Of a DNA stretch of 53,516 nt, positions 45,215 through 53,516 are shown piece by piece. This DNA comes from Tubiluchus corallicola. Taxonomy: Eukaryota; Animalia; Priapulida. Under the pieces are notes generated by a model, which was not told the DNA's origin, ran no database searches, and saw only the letters and a list, made by a program, of their open reading frames with translations. Both the position numbers and the translations under genes were made by a program. Position 1 is the stretch's first letter; each line of letters opens with the position of its first letter. The stretch lies in NCBI GenBank assembly GCA_030141605.1, contig JAQGDQ010001231.1, positions 1-53,516 on the forward strand, read 5' to 3'.

Positions 45215-48200
45215 TCATACTCGTATGTGAAACGTGCTGAAAGAAAAAAAATTATGCACCGAGCGGAATTTATTTTCTCTTTAAACTTAAGCCTAAATAA
45301 CTCTATCATAGATTATCTAGTATTATTTTCCTAGCTAGGATCTTACAAGTGCAACGAATTTATGTGTAATGTTCTTACGTCACAAACTCTGGCGATCGTG
45401 TTATCATGTGCTCAAATTCTATGAAAGACAGCCGTCCATCGCAATCCAAATCAGTTTCATCTAATATCTGTGAATAATGATAAAATTAAACCTACAGTTT
45501 GGCTTCGATTAGTTCAATAGTCATTTAAGTAGACGACACGCTGAAAATACTTTGCTTAGAGTGTTCTTGTCAATGTGCAGCTAGTGACATGCATTGACAG
45601 AAAAGGGACAAAGTAACTAACAATCTATTTGCCGTCAAAAATAATAAAATTATTTTTTTAGTTGAATACGTCTACAAAGGAAAACTAAAAACCAACGTTC
45701 TCGTACGTCGCTGTTTAAACAAATCATTTTTCTGTATAAATTAATCAGCGACTACGTCCATAAATGATGTGCAGAAAGACTATACATTTTGTGCGGTTAC
45801 CGATGATTTGCAAGCAATGCTCCAGACTTTCCGATAATCACCCTTCTGGCTTTTTGATACACTATTAATGTCAGCCTGGCATCGTACATCGTAACAGTTA
45901 ATTGTAACAATCAGCGTGTGTCACAATATCATAATTCATCACCTAATTACAAACACAGTAAGAAGATCAGCGTGTGTCACAATATCATAATTCATCACTT
46001 AATTACAAACACAGTAAGAAGATCAGCGTGTGTCACAATATCATAATTCATCACCTAATTACAAACACAGTAAGAAGATCAGCGTGTGTCACAATATCAT
46101 AATTCACCACTTAATTACAAACACAGTAAGAAGAATAGGTTAATTATGAGTCGTTGTCTCATACCTTGTCAATGACCATATCTATTTCATCTTGTTCAAG
46201 ATTGTCTTGGTTTGTTAGGCATCGAACCACCTTCTCCATGTCCTCTCTGCCTAGGTAGTTATCTTGGTCATAATCTTGAAAACAAACAGGTTAAAAAATT
46301 GCATGTTTGATCACCTAAAATCGCATAAAAATTGACAAGTGATATTACATAGTTATAGAATTTACATACGATACGGTTTTGTTACCAAATATATTGTAGC
46401 TATATTGCATAAAAGAATGAATGAATGAACCGATGGACGGACGAGTGAAGTGATATCAAAAGAAACGGACGAAATGAAAAATGTTTGTCTAAATTATCCT
46501 ACAGATTTTGATCTAATGATATGTAACTGTAGACAGCAATTTAAAGCTAAAAGCGCAGAATTTTTAAAAGCTGAGTTAACAGAAAACAGGCATGCATAAT
46601 AACTGGTGGCAGGCCTCTCCATACTGTAAAAACTTGAACAATATATTTTAAGTTAATAAACGCAACAAGAAAATCATTTCAATGTTTTTAAATGAAGCTG
46701 TTGTACATAATGCTCATTGGGATTGGTTACATTTGTAGACATTTATAGACGCAGTTTTTATTGACATTTAATACTTGGTATGAATTATATATAGGTTTGA
46801 TTTAGTGCTTACCATTAATTAATATGCATTCATTAACACTAAAAATTGTTTACCGTATATTCTGAAAGCATAATGGGCTTTTAGTTCCCGTGGCGCTTGG
46901 TCACTGAATACATTCAGCATGTCCAAAAAATCGTCGAAAGTCAAATTTCCTAATCGATCGGTGGAAAATACCTCACATATTCGTTGAGTAAATGGATTCT
47001 CCTAAACAAAACAAGAAATTCTTTCTGCACTGACATTAATGTTTATGATACATTCATGTTTGAACAGGAAAAATTATTTCGAACTTTCCCAATGTTCTGA
47101 CCGGACCAGGTAAAACAACAGCTGCAACAACAGACCAGACAAGACCAACCAGACGGGACCAGGCCAGAGCAGTTTTTATAATTGTCAAAACTTTGAGTGA
47201 TGCAGCATAATGCGGCATTAAGTGAACCTAAACAGTCATTTTAAACATTAATTTATTGTATTACCTTTAATTCTGGGATCTTTTTAAGATCGGCAGGAGA
47301 CAGTTTGGCTTGAACCTCATTTTCAGTGTCGTCCTTCATCCTCATGTCTTTCGGAACTATATCTGGCCTGAGATCACGAAATTTCTTGAAAGCACTGAAA
47401 TACAAAAAATTAAGCTGTACAGTAAAATCACGTGTAAGTCATTCAGTCTTATTACGTTTAAGTACAAAAAAGGAAGCAACAGTTTGAAAAACAAAAAGTA
47501 AATAAAATAATTTAACGTAAAACACAGGAATATTTCAGAAGGTCACTAAAAGTTAAAAAATAATAATAAAAAAACATTAACGATGTCTCTGTTTTACCTA
47601 TAAACATTATCTGTAGCTGAAGGTATTTGACTTCGAGGGCACTACACGGCACCGGCTCCGCTTGTTATTGCAAAACAGGCATGATTATCAACGCGATGTT
47701 TCGTGCTTATCATCGGCGTAGTGGTTTCAGTTTTTGTATTTTGGACTGCAGTTTTGACATGTACATACCTGCTGTGTTATGGGTGCAAAACGATTGCAAT
47801 TTGGAAATTCATGTTTATACAGCGAGTGGTTTCGAGTGCAGGTACTGGATATCTGATGGGCAGTTTCCTGCACTACCAGCAATGACATGAGGAGCAGTTG
47901 TCGGGAAGGACAATCTTCGAACCACAAGTGCCTCCACAATGGGATAGACCACGCAAGTGGACGTGTAGTTACTATTTAAGCTTTATGCACGAAGTTTTTG
48001 AACATCAATTTTCTACGTTCACTTGGGCGTTGTTCATAACACAAATTTTCAGTCCCTGCCATTGCTGTGACAAAATTTATGATAAAATTTCACTGTTTCT
48101 CAGCCTGCCTGTATGCTTTATGCTAGTTCGGGGACGAAGCATTAACTGTACAGGGCTGGGTAGTGTATAACGCCGGCGATGTGCCATTAGTGTTCTTCCC

Positions 48201-49325
48201 CATCCCTATATTACAATACTTTTATCCATTAAGAAGCCATTGGACGCTGGGATGTAATAGTTCTGTGATTCAGCAGGTGCTTTGTGCCATCTCAGTAGCT
48301 GTTCCGCTGGTACGGAGGACACACGAATAATCAGTAAGGCGAGTAGTGTTAATTTTTTGGCTTTTTATTGGATCAGAAAATCTGGATACATTCTTATTAA
48401 TGTTGGCCTATTATTTTGTTTCTTTCGTTCTTTAGCTCGACCAATTTTGTATTGTAACGCATTTTTTTTGCTTGGTCTCTAATATCTTTTCCCTAAACAA
48501 CGCTATTTTCTTTTCTTCCTGGGTAGTGTATAACGACGGCGATGTGCCATTAGTCTTGTTCCCCATCCCGATATTGCAATGCTTTTATTCATTACGAAGC
48601 TTTTATTCGTTACGACGCACGAAAAGATATCTGGCAAGAACGTTTTACTTTAATTTTCTGTTTTTGTCTATTTCTGCAATGCAGCCCCATCTACGTTCAT
48701 TACAATATTAATTTTTACTGCTTCGTAAGTTTGCAACAGCGATCCGCGAATAATGTGCGTATATTTCTGGGTTTGTTACCGGATGCATGGGGTTATTCCT
48801 GTCATAACTTCCATAATACTTAACTGAATAATAAATGTACTGCACTTTCTTATAATACATTTGTTATAAAACATGCGACTTGTCTATGCCGCTTTCCAGC
48901 AATTTTTTATATTGTAAGATGCAGCCTGTTTATTTGAATTCTGACGGAAGTACTATGATCATATTACTATCCGTTATTGCATAACACCCAATTTTATTAT
49001 CTTAGAGTATCTTTTTCTCTCTTCAGGTGGTTAGACAGTGTCACACCAAAAAGGAAGAAAAGAAAATAGCGTTTTTAAGGAAAAGATATTAGAGACTAAG
49101 CAGAAAAAATGCGTTACAATACAAAACTGATAAAAGCTAAAAAACGAAAGAAACAAAATAGTAGGCCAACATTAATAAGAATGTATCCAAATTTTCTAAT
49201 CCAATAAAAACCCAAAAGGTACACTACTCGCCTTACTGATTATATGTATGGATAGATAATCGAGTGATTTTGGACGAGTAACATACATACCTTAAAATTT
49301 CTTTCTTTGTAAAGAGAGTACAGTC
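45215..49325 (-). CDS. Calcium- and integrin-binding family member (CIB2/CIB3-like EF-hand protein); first coding exon not located
   Basis: Exons 49325-49291, 47394-47265, 47001-46854, 46274-46165, 45467-45379 and 45236-45215 in compatible phases. [80 protein letters not shown]. Confidence 0.93.
45910..46133. repeat. Minisatellite, 4 x 56 bp, in a CIB intron
   Basis: ATCAGCGTGTGTCACAATATC...AGTAAGAAG starts at 45910, 45966, 46022 and 46078. Confidence 0.95.
48327..49243. repeat. Inverted repeat pair of about 190 bp (48327-48520 / 49052-49243), plus an 80-bp direct repeat (48158 / 48520)
   Basis: ataatcagtaaggcgagtagtgt...ttttcttcct versus aggaagaaaa...acactactcgccttactgattat; tgggtagtgtataacg.cggcgatgtgccattagt occurs twice. 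Confidence 0.85.
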
Positions 49326-49874
49326 CTGTAAAAACAATTAAAATGTACATTTTATACATAATTCGCGTTCTTGTTTATTTCAGAGTGACTAGTTGTGACG
49401 CACATAGAACATAATACACTAGGTATCTATGATCTCTCTTTCCCATGTTTTCAACTCCACTGGTTTATGATGGTTTTATAAAATTGATTTACGGTTTCTG
49501 TTAGTGAATTGGCATACTCACTTCTATTATAATATTATATATAAAACTGTGACTTTCAGGTTGTTCGCAACTCGCCTTAGCATTGGTAGGATTTTATGTA
49601 TGTATGTTTAAATTTGCCGGGTATAAATGTTTTTGAATCGTCTCTTTTATCCGTCCGGACATAAAACGCTTCCATGACATTCAGTGTGTATTAAATCTTT
49701 GCACTGGACTGGGAATGATATGTGCAAACTTTAAGTGAACGTCATAGATTCTTTACTTCTTCCATTAGAAAGGAATGGAGAGAACAACTTGTTTGATGTA
49801 TTTGATGTCTTGTTTTATTAACTGTATATATTATATGTGTGCATGAATCTAGAATTTGCAATAAAGAATTATAT

Positions 49875-50121
<247 letters not shown>

Positions 50122-51068
50122 GTCCCTCTCCTTCTGTCTTTATCGTCACATACACACGCTCTCTTTCTCTCTCTTCCCCTCTGTCGCTCTATGTCTCTCT
50201 CCCTCCCCTTCTCTCCGTCTTCCCTCCTACTCTGCCACTCTTTATTTGAGCTTGCATTTGAAATCCAGTCCATAATTTCCTTGGGTTTTTCTTGCTTGAT
50301 TATTGCCTATGCATTTTTGTGTAGTACCAACCATTGAGAATTAATCGGCTATTATCTCACCAGTAATTGGTGATCGCAATGGACGTGGCTTAATATTGAT
50401 TCCAATCCTCGTTGCCATAGTTACAACGGTATAGGGGGTTTTGTAATTAGCCTTCTGACCACTGAGGCGATAAACCGTTTTTGTATTTCAAAAAGTTGCT
50501 AAGTGCTATTAAGCCCATAATGCAAAATCGATAAAAAATGTTTACGGTTTTACAAGCAGTAACTAACGCTTTTCAGACACGTTCTGAATTAATCAAAGCT
50601 AGTGCTGATCAAAATTATCAGTAATTTACTATCCATAGCATTTCAGCAGTTGGCAATATAGTAAAAAAATAATTATAGTTCTATCATATATGCTTACAGT
50701 CATAATACAATGCAATAATGAATAGGCTTAAACTAATTGTAGCGAAAATCGAACTATATCTTTTATAAAAAAAGTTACAGGTCCAGAAGAGCAACTAATT
50801 AGTAGTTATGCAAATAATATTGGCTTTTAATCAATGCGAAAAAATGTTCTCCTTTTTATCAAAATGTTGCACGTCACTGATAAAGAATTAAGTGCATACT
50901 ACACAAATTTAGGAAAATATTACGATGAATCACAGTTATCGCGAAAACAATGGCTCAAAGTCCGTTACTCACGCTTAGTATTACTTAGCGAGAAGTCTTT
51001 GATAATTAACAGTACTAAAGACTTTAGAGGGGTCGGGGACTACATCGATTCCCAGTTTATGTTCTTCG

Positions 51069-51111
51069 CAAGGACTACTATACAACGTATATAGTTGTAT
51101 AGTAGTCCTTG
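51069..51111. mobile_element. 43-bp minimal MITE: 18-bp perfect TIRs with 8-bp TSD
   Basis: GTTCTTCG | CAAGGACTACTATACAAC gtatata GTTGTATAGTAGTCCTTG | GTTCTTCG. Confidence 0.85.
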
Positions 51112-52320
51112 GTTCTTCGTTAAATTTATCTATTTTTTTCAATTACATATATTAATGCTAGATAGTGAGAGTTACTATTTCTAAAGCCATTGTTGTTACA
51201 GCTAATCTAAGTCCTTAGTAAAAACAACCTTTTGTACAGTTTTTCAGAAAGTGCTATTGTAAACAGAGTAATTAGTAATAGATCTATTATTCAATTAGGA
51301 TATATAATTAGTTGCATCGTCTGGCTCTTTAGATTTAAAGAAGAAAAATCGTAATGGATTGTTTCACTTTGAACACGTCAATGCCAGTTTTAAGCGAATT
51401 CTTGTTCACTGAGGCGACTGTTGATTCTAATATATAGATGATGATTCTCAACTGAAGTTTTTCGATACCCTGGCTCTTTTGATTGAACGAAACGCTTCTT
51501 AAATAGTTCTCAGCATTTTTCGCGGACAAATTATGACAGCGTTAAAAAAATGCTTGGCAATAATGTTGTTAATATAATTAAGTTATTAATTTTAGGCACA
51601 TTTTATTATGTTTTCAGGTACTTTTTGGAGTTATGCAAAAGTTCCGGTCTCTCTGTCTCGCTCTTTCTCCCTCTTTCTCCCCTCTCCCTTTCTCTTAACC
51701 TCTCTCCCCGTCTCTATCTTGTTTCTCTTCCCCTCCCCCTTTCGCTCTCTCTTTCTGTATTTTAGATTGTCAGGGCCGTATTTAGACGAAGAGAGGCCCT
51801 AGGCTGCTCCACTTGTGAAGCCTATTCCAAAACACCGCCATCAATGAAGACTATGGAAGAATGGAAGAATTTTAAATTAATTTTGGTGAGGCGGACGACG
51901 ATGAATTCCGTAATTCACAATTCTTCCTTAAACATCAGATGATATTGCTAAATACCGCAGTTAATAAAAATGCACAAATGTTGATGTTAAAATAAACAGT
52001 GGCAAACTGCTATTTTTAACTCAAATAGACTTGTCAAATCTTACTTTTTTGTGAAATGGAACAAATTATTACATAATTAGCCACTAGAATTTGTTTAGCT
52101 CTTAATTTACCAACCTTGTTGTTGTGTTTCGTTTCGTATTTTACGGTAAGCAACGCATATTTTTATAAGTGATATGAGGCAAAAGATTTCGGGCATTGCG
52201 TGCTTTTTTGTCTGAGTTTCAGTTGACTATTTTCGTTGGCAAAACTTTAATAAAGCTGTATTTTTCTGTTAAGTTAAAGCAATCTACTCTTTAGCTTAAT
52301 TATACCCTAGAACTCGTCAC

Positions 52321-52323
<3 letters not shown>

Positions 52324-52401
<78 letters not shown>
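52324..52401. repeat. (TA)n microsatellite
   Basis: Directly visible. Confidence 0.98.
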
Positions 52402-52402
<1 letters not shown>

Positions 52403-53516
52403 TCTTGTAATTTTTATTTATTTTATTTTATTTCATTTTAGTACTGTATTTGTATTTTATATGGTTTTAGTTACCGAAATAAAAATTAGATTTGAAACTT
52501 TTTTTGAAAACCGAGCTTTGCAAACATTTCGTAAATAAAAACAGAAATGTTTAGAAAATTTAATTAGACCACTAGTTTACTGTTATAATCTAGTTGTTAC
52601 AGTTATTGAGCTTACAAATTTTATTGCATAGCAAGTACAGTGTATTAATAAAACGGCCGTTACTACCTGATAGCGACAGATTGATATAATATAATGGTTT
52701 TTCATATCCTACCCCATTTTGAGGTACGGTAAAAGTATACGTTTAAACACCTATAATAATGCCAAAGCGTTTCTGATGATTAAATAAAAGGCTAACAGCT
52801 TAATTAACGTCAAGAGAGCCAAACTAGTGATGACATCACAACTGAAAATAATTTTCAGCAAACATTCCATGTTGCACTTGTTTGCGAAAGCGAAAATTGA
52901 AGTACAGTGCTACTCTAAAACATTCAGTGTGATATACAAAAATTCGGCAAATTTTAAGTTTAAAATTCAAATTTCAAGTTTACCCGTTATGAACATGAGC
53001 TCTTGAATCTGTGCACAATGTCTTAAATGAACACTTCTGGATTAAGAGGTACCGCACCTGCTTTAGTGCAAAGCGTTTCCAAGATGCCGGCGCTAGTGCC
53101 CATCTAACTAGCGAATTGCGAAATGCATGTAACAGCCAATAACCAGCCGGGCGAATGCAAATTTGGTTTGTATATCTAGTAATAATTCTTTCACGTAAGT
53201 CATTCTTGAAAAATTTTACAGGGTAGATTGTTTTGAACTATAATCTAAAATTGGGTGCGGTTGTCCTTTAAAGAAAATCTCTCATATGGCAAGCAATCTT
53301 CATGTGTTACATGCAGCTGATTATTGAAGTCCGTTACTAATGATATATGGGATGGAAACAATCATCAAGTTGAACTGTTCAGCTTTATGTCACTTTAGCA
53401 AAGTTAATGTTCAACACTAAATGAACTCACATCCAAATGCGCAAACATGACCCTGTGTTTATAACTTGAGTATGCCTGGTACAGTACGGTTTGATCATGT
53501 GTGACTGGTGTGCGGG

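Noticed and set aside
45910-46133. Regularly spaced repeats resembling a CRISPR array
   Set aside because: Units are head-to-tail with no unique spacers, lie in a eukaryotic intron, and no cas genes are present.
47598-48170. GC-richer stretch with several short ORFs in the CIB intron
   Set aside because: No frame is compatible with the flanking exons and no motifs are recognisable; probably a repeat remnant.
52985-53110. ATG GGC start as candidate CIB exon 1
   Set aside because: No similarity to CIB N-termini, and it matches 1601-1690 in reverse orientation, so it is a dispersed repeat.

Overview
AT-rich, intron-containing metazoan (invertebrate-like) genomic DNA, not prokaryotic. Host genes were reconstructed by hand from GT-AG boundaries and reading-frame phase: a probable MNS1-like first coding exon (minus strand, about 2.1-2.3 kb); CHTOP (plus, 7031-16605); a five-exon antisense gene for an unrecognised secreted 212-aa protein nested in CHTOP intron 5; PAIP2 (minus, 19424-23845) with two PAM2-type motifs; and a CIB2/CIB3-family EF-hand gene (minus, 45215-49325, first exon not found). 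The centre holds an apparently intact and recent 12.9-kb Ty3/gypsy provirus (minus, 31009-43932) inserted into a decayed LINE. It has gag with a CCHC knuckle, a -1 frameshift signal, pol, an F-type env, a tRNA-His PBS, a duplicated PPT, a candidate accessory exon after env and a 79-aa ORF inside the LTR. Small RTE, CR1 and MITE remnants, tandem repeats and microsatellites fill the rest. Family assignments come from recalled motifs, not from database searches.
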